Shown piece by piece: positions 54,188 to 64,000 of a DNA stretch of 64,000 bases. The DNA is from Candidatus Woesearchaeota archaeon (GTDB taxonomy: Archaea; Nanobdellota; Nanobdellia; Woesearchaeales; ARS49). The stretch covers positions 12,938-76,937 of the forward strand of contig WJJS01000001.1 in assembly GCA_014729505.1 (NCBI GenBank), in the 5' to 3' direction. The first letter of the stretch is position 1; each line of letters opens with the position of its first letter. Both the position numbers and the translations under genes were made by a program. Under the pieces are notes generated by a model. It made no database searches and was not told the origin of the DNA. It saw nothing but the letters and a program-made list of their open reading frames with translations.

Positions 54188-54433
54188 ATGGCAAAAACAA
54201 CCTTCGACGTATCCAAACACGTGCTTGTACCAAAGCACAAAAAGGTGAGTGAAAAGGAGAAAAAAGAATTACAAGAGCGATACTCCCCCTCACTAAAAGA
54301 ACTGCCGCGCATCCTACAAAACGATCCTGCAATACAACATCTCGACATCAAAGAGAACGACGTTATCAAGATCGAACGCAAAAGCATGACTGCAGGAACG
54401 ATCACTTTCTATCGGAGGGTATCGAATGGTTGA
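54188..54433 (+). CDS. rpoH: DNA-directed RNA polymerase subunit H (Rpo5)
   Basis: HVLVPKHKKVSEKEKKELQERY, LPRILQNDPAIQHL and DVIKIERKS. Start trimmed to the ATG at 54188. Confidence 0.85.
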   Translation: MAKTTFDVSKHVLVPKHKKVSEKEKKELQERYSPSLKELPRILQNDPAIQHLDIKENDVIKIERKSMTAGTITFYRRVSNG

Positions 54434-55910
54434 TCAAACACGACTCATTTTACAAAAATTCTTTGAAGAACACAGCTTTGTAGAAAGCGATATTGAATCA
54501 TTCAACCAATTCGTTGACCAACAATTACAGGAAATCATTGACGAAAACAGAGTAATTGAACCTGCGATTATCCCACCGAACGTTGAAAGCTTCAAAATAC
54601 GACTCGACAAAGTATGGGTAACAAAACCAGAAATTACCGAAGCAGACGGCTCGAAACGAATGGTTTATCCGCAAGAAGCAAGACTTCGAAAACTCAGTTA
54701 CGCAGCACCCATCTATCTGGAGATAAGTTCTCACATCAATGACGTACAACGAGAAACGTTTACGACACAAATAGGCAACCTGCCCATTATGCTCAAGAGC
54801 AATTACTGCCACCTCAATAGGTTAAACAGAGACGAACTCTTTGCCAAAGGAGAAGATCCTGATGATCCTGGCGGATACTTCATTATCAACGGTACAGAAA
54901 GAGTACTCGTCAATATTGAAGACCTGGGAGCAAACCGTTTTCTCGTCGAGCGTACGGGAGGAGTATCAAAATACACCGGCAAACTATTCAGTGAAGCGGG
55001 ATCGTACAAAATACCTCACATGATCGAAAGACTCAAAGACGGCATCTTCTACCTCTCATTTACACGAGTAAAACGCATACCGCTGATACTCGTACTCAAA
55101 GCTCTTGGTTTGACAAAAGATGAAGATATCGTACGAACAGTCTCAGACAAAAAACAATACGATGAAGTCCTCATTAACATTTTCGAATACGTCGGTGTAA
55201 AAAATGCAGAAGACGCAATCGATACAATGGCCAAAAAAATTGGCATCACACAAACAAAGGACATACGATTACAACGCATGAGCGAAATCATCGATCGATT
55301 CCTCTTGCCACACCTAGGAACAGAAAAAAGCGACCGCATCAAAAAAGCACATAACTTATGCAAAATGGTGCGCAAGTTTATCGATGTATCAAATGGCAAA
55401 ATGCGAACAGATGACAAAGATCATTATCTCAATAAACGAGTAAAAATGAGCGGCGATCTCCTGGCAGATCTATTGCGCACAAACATCAAAGTACTCATCA
55501 GCGATCTGCTTTACAACTTTCAGCGCATCGTCAAAAGAGGAAAATTTCCAAGCATCAAAGTAATCATCAGAGACCAACTACTCACCATGAGAATATACGG
55601 AGCGATGGCTACAGGAAACTGGGTTGGGGGACGAAAAGGAATAAGCCAACGAATACAACGAACAAACCATCTCAACACCATCAGCTATCTTCAAAAGGTA
55701 GTATCACCACTTTCAACATCACAGGAAAACTTCCTAGCACGTGAACTTCATGCTACACATTTAGGACGACTCTGTCCAAGTGAAACGCCGGAAGGAACAA
55801 ACATCGGGCTACGAAAGAATCTAGCACTACTTGCTTCTGTAAGTAAAGAAGGCAATGAAGAAGAAGTGCACAAAGCATTGCAAGGATTAGGGCTGCGAGG
55901 TTTTGAGTAA
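54426..55910 (+). CDS. rpoB2: DNA-directed RNA polymerase subunit B'' (N-terminal half of Rpo2)
   Basis: 494-aa ORF with GYFIINGTERVLV and LCPSETPEGTNIGL. Confidence 0.95.
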   Translation: MVDQTRLILQKFFEEHSFVESDIESFNQFVDQQLQEIIDENRVIEPAIIPPNVESFKIRLDKVWVTKPEITEADGSKRMVYPQEARLRKLSYAAPIYLEISSHINDVQRETFTTQIGNLPIMLKSNYCHLNRLNRDELFAKGEDPDDPGGYFIINGTERVLVNIEDLGANRFLVERTGGVSKYTGKLFSEAGSYKIPHMIERLKDGIFYLSFTRVKRIPLILVLKALGLTKDEDIVRTVSDKKQYDEVLINIFEYVGVKNAEDAIDTMAKKIGITQTKDIRLQRMSEIIDRFLLPHLGTEKSDRIKKAHNLCKMVRKFIDVSNGKMRTDDKDHYLNKRVKMSGDLLADLLRTNIKVLISDLLYNFQRIVKRGKFPSIKVIIRDQLLTMRIYGAMATGNWVGGRKGISQRIQRTNHLNTISYLQKVVSPLSTSQENFLARELHATHLGRLCPSETPEGTNIGLRKNLALLASVSKEGNEEEVHKALQGLGLRGFE

Positions 55911-57716
55911 ATGGCAACAGAAGTATTTCTCAACGGAAAATATGTCGGTACCGTCGACAATCACAGGGATTTTTTAGACTCGCTCAAGACAGAACGACGA
56001 CGAGGAGCAATCAGTAACAACGTCAATGTACAATACGAAGAACACCTTGATCGCATCCATGTGGAAACCACCAGAGGTCGAACGAGACGACCACTCATCG
56101 TTGTACAAGACGGAAAAAGTCTTATCACCGATGAGATAATCCAACAACTGCAAAAAGGAGAACTCACCTGGAATAATCTAGTGGAGAAAGGTATTATCGA
56201 ATACCTTGATGCAGCAGAAGAAGAAAACGCACTCGTAGCGTTTTACGAAAGAGAACTCACACCATCACACACCCACCTGGAAGTCTCACCATTAGCAATG
56301 TTTGGACTTGTCACATCAATGGTTCCCTACGGCAATTTCAGTCAATCAGCACGATTACTCATTGGAGCAAAAAATCAAAAATACGGAATAGGACTGTACA
56401 CGGCAAACTATCTTCACCGTCTAGATATGGATGTCAATATTCTTCACTACCCGCAAATGCCCATAGTACAATCACTCACACATGGCATATCACGAAATGA
56501 AAAACACCCTGCAGGGCAAAACGTTGTCGTCGCAGTCATGAGCTACAAAGGATACAACATTGAAGACGCAATAATCATCAACAAAGGCAGTGTCGATTTC
56601 GGCTTTGCACGATCTACCTATTTTCGACCGGCAGTTGCAGAAGAACTACGCTACAGCGGAGGACTCACAGACCAGGTCAGTGTGCCGGACAAAGAAGTCA
56701 AAGGCTACAAGTCAGAACGCGATTATCGACATTTAGAAGATGATGGAATAGTATATCCAGAAGCGGTTGTCGGACCAGAAGATGTCATTATCGGAAAAAC
56801 AAGTCCGCCACGATTCCTTTCCTCGCTCGACGAGTACAGCCTTGCAGGAAACATACGACGTGAAAGCTCAGTAGGTCTTAAACACGGAGAAAACGGCGTG
56901 GTCGACTTTGTTGTGCTTACAGAAAACGGAGAAGGAAACAAACTCGTACAAGTCAGACTGCGCGATCAACGATTGCCAGAAATCGGTGACAAATTCACAA
57001 GCCGCGCAGGACAAAAAGGAATAGTCGGACTCATTGTTCCAGAAGCGGATCTTCCTTTCACATCAAACGGTATGACGCCAGACATTATCTTCAGTCCACA
57101 CTCCATACCCGGACGTATGACCGTATCACACTTACTGGAAATGCTCGGCGGAAAAACAGGAGCTCTTGGAGCGCGAAAAGTTGATGCAACATCCTTTAGT
57201 CCAGAACCGGAAGAGCGCATACGACAAGAACTGCTCAGTTTAGGATTCCGTGAAGACGGCACAGAAACACTCTACAATGGTCAGACAGGAGAACGCATAC
57301 AAGCAAAAATCTATGTCGGCTCCATGTACTACCTAAAACTACGACACCTCGTCGCAAACAGAATACAATCACGTGCAAGAGGACCAATACAACTCCTTAC
57401 AAGACAACCAACAGAAGGACGTGCAAAAGAAGGAGGACTTCGACTGGGAGAAATGGAAAAGGACACGCTTGTTGCTCACGGTGCATCACTACTCCTCAAA
57501 GAACGATTTGACTCTGACCAAACACTTGTACCAGTCTGTGAAAGCTGCGGAGTCATAGCAATTCATGACAGTGTAAAAAACAAACGACATTGCCCAATCT
57601 GCGGAGAAGGAGTCGAAGTCTCAGATATCGAGATAAGCTATGCATTCAAACTCATACTGGACGAATTCAAAAGCCTAGGATTATATCCAAAAATGATATT
57701 GGAGAGTAAATACTAA
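55911..57716 (+). CDS. rpoB1: DNA-directed RNA polymerase subunit B' (C-terminal half of Rpo2)
   Basis: 601-aa ORF with GYNIEDAIIINK, GDKFTSRAGQKG, GGLRLGEMEKD and a C-terminal Cys4 ribbon. Confidence 0.95.
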   Translation: MATEVFLNGKYVGTVDNHRDFLDSLKTERRRGAISNNVNVQYEEHLDRIHVETTRGRTRRPLIVVQDGKSLITDEIIQQLQKGELTWNNLVEKGIIEYLDAAEEENALVAFYERELTPSHTHLEVSPLAMFGLVTSMVPYGNFSQSARLLIGAKNQKYGIGLYTANYLHRLDMDVNILHYPQMPIVQSLTHGISRNEKHPAGQNVVVAVMSYKGYNIEDAIIINKGSVDFGFARSTYFRPAVAEELRYSGGLTDQVSVPDKEVKGYKSERDYRHLEDDGIVYPEAVVGPEDVIIGKTSPPRFLSSLDEYSLAGNIRRESSVGLKHGENGVVDFVVLTENGEGNKLVQVRLRDQRLPEIGDKFTSRAGQKGIVGLIVPEADLPFTSNGMTPDIIFSPHSIPGRMTVSHLLEMLGGKTGALGARKVDATSFSPEPEERIRQELLSLGFREDGTETLYNGQTGERIQAKIYVGSMYYLKLRHLVANRIQSRARGPIQLLTRQPTEGRAKEGGLRLGEMEKDTLVAHGASLLLKERFDSDQTLVPVCESCGVIAIHDSVKNKRHCPICGEGVEVSDIEISYAFKLILDEFKSLGLYPKMILESKY

Positions 57717-60406
57717 TGCCAGAAGAAGTCAAACCGGACGAAGAAGTAAAAACTGAAGACACTGAAGACTCAGAGGTTGATGACGAAGAACAAAAAAACA
57801 TCCTTCGAGAATCACTCTCACGAGAACGAATGGAAGGACTGCAGCGTCACGTCTCAAAGAAAGTTAACAGCATAGTCTTTGGGATACTCAGTCCGAAAAT
57901 GATTCGAAAAATGGCAAGTGTCAAAGTAGTCACACCAGAACTCTACGACAAAGAAGGATATCCTGTCGACGGCGGACTCATGGACGTGCGTTTAGGAGTC
58001 ATTGATCCTGGACTGCGCTGCAAAACCTGCGGCAGCAAACTCAAGGAATGTATCGGACACTTCGGATACATAGAACTGGCACGACCGGTCATACACATCA
58101 GTTACATCAAAATCGTCTATTTACTATTACGAAGCACCTGCGGCGACTGTGGACGAGTCCTCATACCAGAAGATAAGATCCGCAAATACTCGAAATATCT
58201 CGAACGCATCGAACAACAAGAAGGAATCGCTGCAAAACGAAACGCCGTCAAGGAAATCGTCGACACATTCAAAAAAGTCAACAAATGCCCGCACTGCAGT
58301 GCAAAACAAGAAAAAATCGTTTTAGAAAAACCAAGCACATTTATCGAAGGAGAAAAAAGACTCACGCCAATAGATGTACGCAGTCGCTTAGAAAAAATAC
58401 CTGATGAGGATCTGCCACTTTTTGCAATCAACCCTGAAATGGGACGGCCAGAATGGTTAGTACTAACAATACTTGCAATACCTCCAGTAACAGTGCGCCC
58501 GTCAATAACACTGGAGAGCGGGGAGCGAAGCGAAGACGATCTCACACACAAATTAGGAGATATCGTCCGTATAAATCAACGATTATTTGAAAACATCAAT
58601 GCAGGAGCGCCGGAAATCATTATCGAAGACCTATGGGATCTATTACAGTATCACGTGACAACATTCTTTGATAACGGCGTAGCACAACTACCTCCGGCAC
58701 GTCACAGAAACGGACAACCACTCAAAACAATAACGGAGCGTATTAAGAGTAAAGAAGGACGAATACGCCGAAACCTTGCAGGTAAGAGAACTAATTTCTG
58801 TGCAAGAACTGTCATCAGCCCGGATCCAATGCTTAAGATCAACGAAGTAGGAGTGCCAAAAATCATGGCTAAAAAACTCACAGTTCCAGAAGTGATCAAT
58901 GAATGGAACATGGCGTACCTCAAGAAATTCGTTGAAAACGGTCCAGACAAATACCCAGGATCAAACTATATCATCAGACCTGACGGTAAACGAAAAAAGA
59001 TTACAGACGAAACAAAAGAAGCAGCACTAGAAGAATTGCAACCGGGTTACATCGTTGAACGACATCTTCTCGACGGTGATGTTGCGTTATTTAACCGCCA
59101 ACCTTCACTGCACAGAATGTCAATGATGTGCCACAAAATAAAAGTGCTGCCTTACAAAACATTGCGATTAAATCCTGCAGTATGTGCACCATACAACGCA
59201 GACTTCGACGGGGATGAGATGAACCTGCACGTACCACAAACAGAAGAAGCACGAGCCGAAGCAGAAATACTCATGGATGTACAAACACAACTCATCAGTC
59301 CGGGTTATGGACGAAGTGCTGTTGGCTGTATTCATGACGGAATTTCAGGAAACTATGTGCTAACAAAAGATCTGGAATTTGATCGACAAACAGCAATAGA
59401 CATTCTCAGTTCCATTGGATACTTTGACTTTTCAAAATTACCACACAAGAAAAAAATAAGCGGAAAAGAAATATTCAGCGCACTTTTACCAAAAGATTTC
59501 AATTATGTAGGAACAACAAAACAAGGAGAAAAAGTGACGGTACGCGACGGACAAATCATTGAAGGAGTAATGGACATAAAAGCAATCGGCGGAGAAGGAA
59601 ACGGAGATCTTCTGCGACTATTGCACAAACAATATGGTCCGGCAGCAACAGTAGAAATGTTGCACTACATCTTTAAGCTTGGCATCGAAGTACTTCTTCG
59701 CACCGGTCTCACAAGTGCTATCGGCGATGTTGATCTGCCACCATCAGCTCGAAAAGAGATCAATGAACTGCTTACAAAAGCAGAAGAGGAAGTGCAAGGT
59801 TTTATCGACGCATACGAAGCAGGAACACTCGAAGCATTTCCAGGACGAACAGTCAAACAAACACTGGAATTAAAGATCATCCAGGTTCTCAACAAAGCAA
59901 GAAACGGCTGCGGTAATGTAATAAAGAATAATGTGCATGAAAACTTCAACAGTCACGTTCTTATCAATAGCGGAGCTCGAGGAAACATACTCAACGTTGT
60001 ACAAATGTCTGCTTGTGTAGGACAGCAGGCACTGCGAGGAAGCAGAATAGACAAAGGCTACTCGGGACGAACACTGTCGTGCTTTAAAAAAGGAGATCTC
60101 TCGCCGGCAGCAAGAGGTTTTGTACGCACAGGATTCAAAAACGGACTCAACCCAAAGGAATTCTTTTTCCACGCGATTACAGGAAGAGATGCACTGATGG
60201 ATACTGCGCTTAGAACGCCAAAATCCGGATACCTTTATCGACGATTAGCAAATGCCCTGCAAGATCTACGGGTTGAATATGATAATACCGTACGCGATGC
60301 AAACGGCATGATTATCCAATTCGAATACGGTGAAGACGGCATTGACGTTTCGCGAAGCGAAAGCGGAACAATAGATGTTAAACGCATAGTGGAGTTGATC
60401 AAATAA
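57716..60406 (+). CDS. rpoA1: DNA-directed RNA polymerase subunit A'
   Basis: 896-aa ORF with a zinc motif CKTCGS...C.GHFGYIEL, NRQPSLHRMSMM and NADFDGDEMNLH. Confidence 0.95.
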   Translation: MPEEVKPDEEVKTEDTEDSEVDDEEQKNILRESLSRERMEGLQRHVSKKVNSIVFGILSPKMIRKMASVKVVTPELYDKEGYPVDGGLMDVRLGVIDPGLRCKTCGSKLKECIGHFGYIELARPVIHISYIKIVYLLLRSTCGDCGRVLIPEDKIRKYSKYLERIEQQEGIAAKRNAVKEIVDTFKKVNKCPHCSAKQEKIVLEKPSTFIEGEKRLTPIDVRSRLEKIPDEDLPLFAINPEMGRPEWLVLTILAIPPVTVRPSITLESGERSEDDLTHKLGDIVRINQRLFENINAGAPEIIIEDLWDLLQYHVTTFFDNGVAQLPPARHRNGQPLKTITERIKSKEGRIRRNLAGKRTNFCARTVISPDPMLKINEVGVPKIMAKKLTVPEVINEWNMAYLKKFVENGPDKYPGSNYIIRPDGKRKKITDETKEAALEELQPGYIVERHLLDGDVALFNRQPSLHRMSMMCHKIKVLPYKTLRLNPAVCAPYNADFDGDEMNLHVPQTEEARAEAEILMDVQTQLISPGYGRSAVGCIHDGISGNYVLTKDLEFDRQTAIDILSSIGYFDFSKLPHKKKISGKEIFSALLPKDFNYVGTTKQGEKVTVRDGQIIEGVMDIKAIGGEGNGDLLRLLHKQYGPAATVEMLHYIFKLGIEVLLRTGLTSAIGDVDLPPSARKEINELLTKAEEEVQGFIDAYEAGTLEAFPGRTVKQTLELKIIQVLNKARNGCGNVIKNNVHENFNSHVLINSGARGNILNVVQMSACVGQQALRGSRIDKGYSGRTLSCFKKGDLSPAARGFVRTGFKNGLNPKEFFFHAITGRDALMDTALRTPKSGYLYRRLANALQDLRVEYDNTVRDANGMIIQFEYGEDGIDVSRSESGTIDVKRIVELIK

Positions 60407-61533
60407 TGGTACATAAAGATCTCGAAGAATACGCAGGCGTATTACCGCCAAAACTCCTAGAAGAGATTGAAGAACAGGCGCCTGCAAGCAAGCGAAAAAA
60501 AGTCGGACAAATCGTTTACGATGAGTACATGAAAGCGCGAGTAGATGCAGGAGAAAGCGTAGGTCTTATCAGTGCTGAATCAATAGGAGAGCAGGCAACA
60601 CAGATGACGCTTAACACCTTCCACTTTGCAGGAGTCGCAGAAATGAACGTCACCATGGGATTGCCTCGAATCATTGAAATCCTTGACGCGAGAAAAGCAA
60701 TCAAAACACCAAAAATGGAAATTTATCTTAACAGTCCTTACAACAAAGGAAAGGACATCAGACAAATAGCGCTCTCAATCAAAGATACCAGACTGGGAGA
60801 ACTGGTCAGCGAGTATGCAATCAACATCTTTGAATTCGTCATCGACATCCATCTCAATGCAGAAAAGATGCAACTGCTAAGCCTAACACCTGCAAAAATA
60901 AGCAAGCTCCTTGACAAAGCACTGGGAAAAGTCACCAAAATAACAGATGCAGGAGAAAACAAAATTTCACTGCAACTCAAGGCAAAAGAAGACCGCAATC
61001 TCAACACACTCTACAAACTCAAAGAAAAAATAAAGGATGTACACGTAAAAGGAATCAAAGGCATACGACAAGTCCTGCCAGTACGACGACAAGATGAATT
61101 CATCATCATCACCGCAGGAACAAACCTGAAAAAAGTCCTCGCCCTTGAATTTGTTGATCCAACACGAACTATCACCAATGACGTTCACGAATTTGCAAAA
61201 GTGATGGGCATCGAAGCTGCACGACATTTGATCATTGAAGAAGTCTACCGCGTAATCGAAGCACAAGGATTGAGCGTGGATATCCGCCACATCATGCTTG
61301 TTGCAGATACCATGTGCGTGACAGGAGAGATCAAAGGAATAACGCGATACGGTGTTGTAAGCGAAAAATCAAGCGTGCTTGCACGAGCATCCTTTGAAAC
61401 GCCAATAAGACACCTCATCAATGCAGCATTACTCGGAGAAGTCGATAAGCTTAATAGTGTTGTTGAAAATGTCATGCTGAACCAGCCAGTACCCATAGGA
61501 ACTGGACTACCACAACTACGAGTCAAGGAATAA
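60406..61533 (+). CDS. rpoA2: DNA-directed RNA polymerase subunit A''
   Basis: 375-aa ORF with GESVGLISAESIGEQATQMTLNTFHFAGV. Confidence 0.95.
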   Translation: MVHKDLEEYAGVLPPKLLEEIEEQAPASKRKKVGQIVYDEYMKARVDAGESVGLISAESIGEQATQMTLNTFHFAGVAEMNVTMGLPRIIEILDARKAIKTPKMEIYLNSPYNKGKDIRQIALSIKDTRLGELVSEYAINIFEFVIDIHLNAEKMQLLSLTPAKISKLLDKALGKVTKITDAGENKISLQLKAKEDRNLNTLYKLKEKIKDVHVKGIKGIRQVLPVRRQDEFIIITAGTNLKKVLALEFVDPTRTITNDVHEFAKVMGIEAARHLIIEEVYRVIEAQGLSVDIRHIMLVADTMCVTGEIKGITRYGVVSEKSSVLARASFETPIRHLINAALLGEVDKLNSVVENVMLNQPVPIGTGLPQLRVKE

Positions 61534-61793
61534 TGGATAACGAAGAAATACGAAACCTGTTTAAAGACGGCAAACTCGTTATAGGCACTGATAGAGTACT
61601 CAAAGGAGTGCGCGAAGGTACCATAACAAAAGTCATTGCTGCAAAAAACTGTCCAGAAGAAACGCTCAAAGAACTTGCACATTACAAAAAGCTAACTACT
61701 ATCGATATAGAACACTCAGACCTTACAAACGAACAACTTGGCGTACTGTGCAAGAAACGCTTTTCTATAGCTCTTATCGGCGTACTTGCATGA
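61533..61793 (+). CDS. rpl30e: 50S ribosomal protein L30e
   Basis: GKLVIGTDRVLKGVREGTITKVIAAKNCPEE. Confidence 0.85.
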   Translation: MDNEEIRNLFKDGKLVIGTDRVLKGVREGTITKVIAAKNCPEETLKELAHYKKLTTIDIEHSDLTNEQLGVLCKKRFSIALIGVLA

Positions 61794-62227
61794 AACGCAT
61801 ATTCGACACCCAAACCATGCAAGTAATGCGTATGTTTGAACAGATAACACACGCGAATCTCAAAGACTGTTTCACCGAAGACGAGATACAATATTTTATC
61901 GTCGAAGAACACCAAATAGGCAAAGCAGTTGGAAAACAAGGGCGCAACCTCAAAAAATTAGAGAAAGCTTTAAAAAGGAAAGTCAAAATCGTTGAATACA
62001 GTAGCGATCTTGCGACATTTGTTCGCAATCTCTATTATCCTACCAAGATAGAAGATATCGTCGTGGAGGAAGAGACAGTAACCATCATGCCAGCAGATCT
62101 GCAGGCGCGAGGATACCTGATCGGGCGTGGCGCAAACACGCTTAGACGAATCGAACGGATCGTACAACGCTACTTTGATATTAAAGAAATTAAAATCGCA
62201 CCATGGTCAAAAAAGCAAGAGGCTTAA
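61790..62227 (+). CDS. nusA: Archaeal NusA-like protein (two KH domains)
   Basis: [19 protein letters not shown] and [16 protein letters not shown]. The ATG at 61790 overlaps the L30e stop. Confidence 0.85.
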   Translation: MKRIFDTQTMQVMRMFEQITHANLKDCFTEDEIQYFIVEEHQIGKAVGKQGRNLKKLEKALKRKVKIVEYSSDLATFVRNLYYPTKIEDIVVEEETVTIMPADLQARGYLIGRGANTLRRIERIVQRYFDIKEIKIAPWSKKQEA

Positions 62228-62640
62228 ACGCAGGCAGCAAATTACGACAGCGACGAGAACGATTCCGCTGGAGTCAAAAAACATGGGTACGAAAATTTTT
62301 GGACCTGAAACGAAAATCCGACCCTCTGGAAGCTGCACATCAAGCTAAAGGTATTGTTCTTAAAAAAGTGCAAGTAGAAGCAAAACAACCAAACTCAGGT
62401 CTTCGAAAATGTGTCAGAGTACAATTGACGAAAAACAGCCGACAAGTCACTGCAATGCTTCCAGGAGACAAAGCAAAAGATTTTGTTGACGAGCACGACG
62501 AAGTCATCATCCAATGTATTGGAGGAGCAAAAGGTCGGGCAAAAGGAGATCTTGGAGGAGTGCGCTGGGAAGTAACACATGTTAACGGACAAAGCCTCAA
62601 GGATTTGCGCAAAGGAAAGATAGAGAAGGCAAGAAAATAA
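62203..62640 (+). CDS. rps12: 30S ribosomal protein S12 (uS12)
   Basis: [29 protein letters not shown]. Confidence 0.95.
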   Translation: MVKKARGLNAGSKLRQRRERFRWSQKTWVRKFLDLKRKSDPLEAAHQAKGIVLKKVQVEAKQPNSGLRKCVRVQLTKNSRQVTAMLPGDKAKDFVDEHDEVIIQCIGGAKGRAKGDLGGVRWEVTHVNGQSLKDLRKGKIEKARK

Positions 62641-63236
62641 TGGATATACTCGTGTTTGACAAATGGAGTGCAAAAGATCTGGCAGTTGAAGATCCAGGTC
62701 TGCAACGATATATCACACTTGATCCTGCGTATCGAAGCAAGACAGGAGCGCGATACGGCGGCCGACGATTCTACAAATCAAAAATCTTTATTGTAGAACG
62801 CTTAATCAACAAACTCATGGTACCGGGACATCGGGGGAAAAAACACAAAATCACGAGCGGACATGTCACAGGCAAAGCAGCAAATGCACGACGCATCGTC
62901 GAAGAAGCATTCGAACTCGTTGAAAAACGCACAAAAAAGAACCCTGTCGAAGTCTTTGTCAAAGCACTGGAAAACGGAGCTCCACGAGAAGAAATACTCA
63001 CGATCGAGTACGGTGGTGCCAGATATCCAAAAGCAGTAGATGTAGCACCACAACGACGCGTTGATTATGTACTGCGACTCCTCGTCCATGGATCGTTTGA
63101 CCGCTCCTTTAACAAAAAGAAAAGCATGGCACAAGCACTGGCAGACGAAATCGTCGCAGCATATTCTATGAGTGCAGACAGTACTGCTATTTCCAAAAAA
63201 AACGACGTCGAACGACAAGCAGACAGCAGCAGGTAG
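62640..63236 (+). CDS. rps7: 30S ribosomal protein S7 (uS7)
   Basis: 198-aa ORF with ERLINKLMVPG, NPVEVFVKALENGAPREE and the C-terminal tail. Confidence 0.9.
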   Translation: MDILVFDKWSAKDLAVEDPGLQRYITLDPAYRSKTGARYGGRRFYKSKIFIVERLINKLMVPGHRGKKHKITSGHVTGKAANARRIVEEAFELVEKRTKKNPVEVFVKALENGAPREEILTIEYGGARYPKAVDVAPQRRVDYVLRLLVHGSFDRSFNKKKSMAQALADEIVAAYSMSADSTAISKKNDVERQADSSR

Positions 63237-63282
63237 TTGTCCGATCAGTAGTTTTTTATAACACAGAATACTCAATGCACAT

Positions 63283-64000
63283 ATGAAAAGAGGTCTTATA
63301 CTGGTAGTATTGCTCTGCGTTCTCAATATTGTTATAGCCGAGACTACAGGCGGCACTACAGAAACAGGCCACTTCAGTCAATCAGGACAACTCCTCAACA
63401 TCAATGATCAAGATAATGACGGGGTAGTTGATAGCAGCGATCGTTGCCAAAACACGAGAGAAGAATCAGTAACCCTGCAAGGATGCGCAGAAGAACAACT
63501 CCTTGAAGAAGCACGCTTTACCGTTCCCCTCACAGAAGGAGTAAACGAGATCGCACCAGAAGACACCATTGGTACGGTTCCAGAAGATTTCACCGTTATC
63601 ATCATCAAAGAAGGAGACTTCTACACCCTACACGTTGACAGTCTGGACAATGAACCACTACTGCTAGAAGAAGGAAAAACCATACGAGTACACAGTGTCA
63701 CACATACCGTTGCATCCATTGCTGAAAATGCAGTAGAATTTTCATGGGAATACGCGCCGGACTTCACCCCACATTCATTGTGTCAACAAGTGTATCTCAC
63801 CTACTTGCCCATTTCAACAACAGAAGTACTGGCGCATCCCACCTGCTACGTTCAAGATGGAAAGGAACTCATCGTATACACTACAAAAATCACGTGCACG
63901 CACCGCGTTACTGACACGGTTATTCTCAGTGATGATCGGGCATGCGAACTTGCAGGACTAGGAACTGCATGCATGCGAAACGAACAATGCAGTACAGGTT
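63283..64000 (+). CDS. Secreted protein with a thrombospondin-type-3-like Ca-binding motif (partial, runs off window)
   Basis: Hand-translated; it is not in the track because it runs off the right edge. MKRGLILVVLLCVLNIVIA is a signal peptide, DQDNDGVVDSSDRC is the motif, and the frame is open to 64000. Confidence 0.6.
   Translation, partial: MKRGLILVVLLCVLNIVIAETTGGTTETGHFSQSGQLLNINDQDNDGVVDSSDRCQNTREESVTLQGCAEEQLLEEARFTVPLTEGVNEIAPEDTIGTVPEDFTVIIIKEGDFYTLHVDSLDNEPLLLEEGKTIRVHSVTHTVASIAENAVEFSWEYAPDFTPHSLCQQVYLTYLPISTTEVLAHPTCYVQDGKELIVYTTKITCTHRVTDTVILSDDRACELAGLGTACMRNEQCSTG

Overview
This is a 64-kb segment of an archaeal chromosome. It carries archaeal-type core genes: EF-1alpha, EF-2, RpoH, split RpoB''/B', RpoA'/A'', L7Ae, S28e, L24e, L30e, KH-only NusA and a thermosome, plus tRNAs with introns. 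Compact spacing, bacterial-type sugar-phosphate enzymes, an Lgt homolog and many small unknown membrane proteins suggest a small-genome, DPANN-like lineage, but that is inference only. I call about 70 protein genes, 7 intact tRNA genes (Ala, Met, Ser, Gly, Tyr, Asp, Lys) and several tRNA-derived fragments and repeats. Two ORFs that run off the window edges were missing from the ORF track and I translated them by hand. The main points for follow-up are: (1) A tight four-gene operon at 38.8-42.8 kb: an SRAP/YedK abasic-site protein, two unknown small proteins, and a family-B DNA polymerase that lacks exonuclease motifs and is fused to a C-terminal VRR-NUC nuclease. This is a candidate undescribed lesion-tolerance module. 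(2) A conserved two-hairpin element of about 56 nt, with a compensatory base change, fused to truncated 5' copies of tRNA-Ala, tRNA-Met and tRNA-Ser. Each copy lies 100-126 nt upstream of another copy of the same tRNA 5' end: the intact gene for Ala and Met, a disrupted copy for Ser. (3) Three tRNAs (Gly, Asp, Lys) each carry a canonical intron plus a second intron at the same T-loop position. (4) A heavily rearranged tRNA-Ser locus with nested tRNA-derived repeats and a toxin-antitoxin cassette bracketed by perfect 59-nt direct repeats. (5) A bacterial-type lgt in an operon with a lipobox lipoprotein. (6) An AsnB-like protein fused to a Dph6-like PP-loop domain. All product calls come from reading motifs by eye, and no database search or folding program was available.
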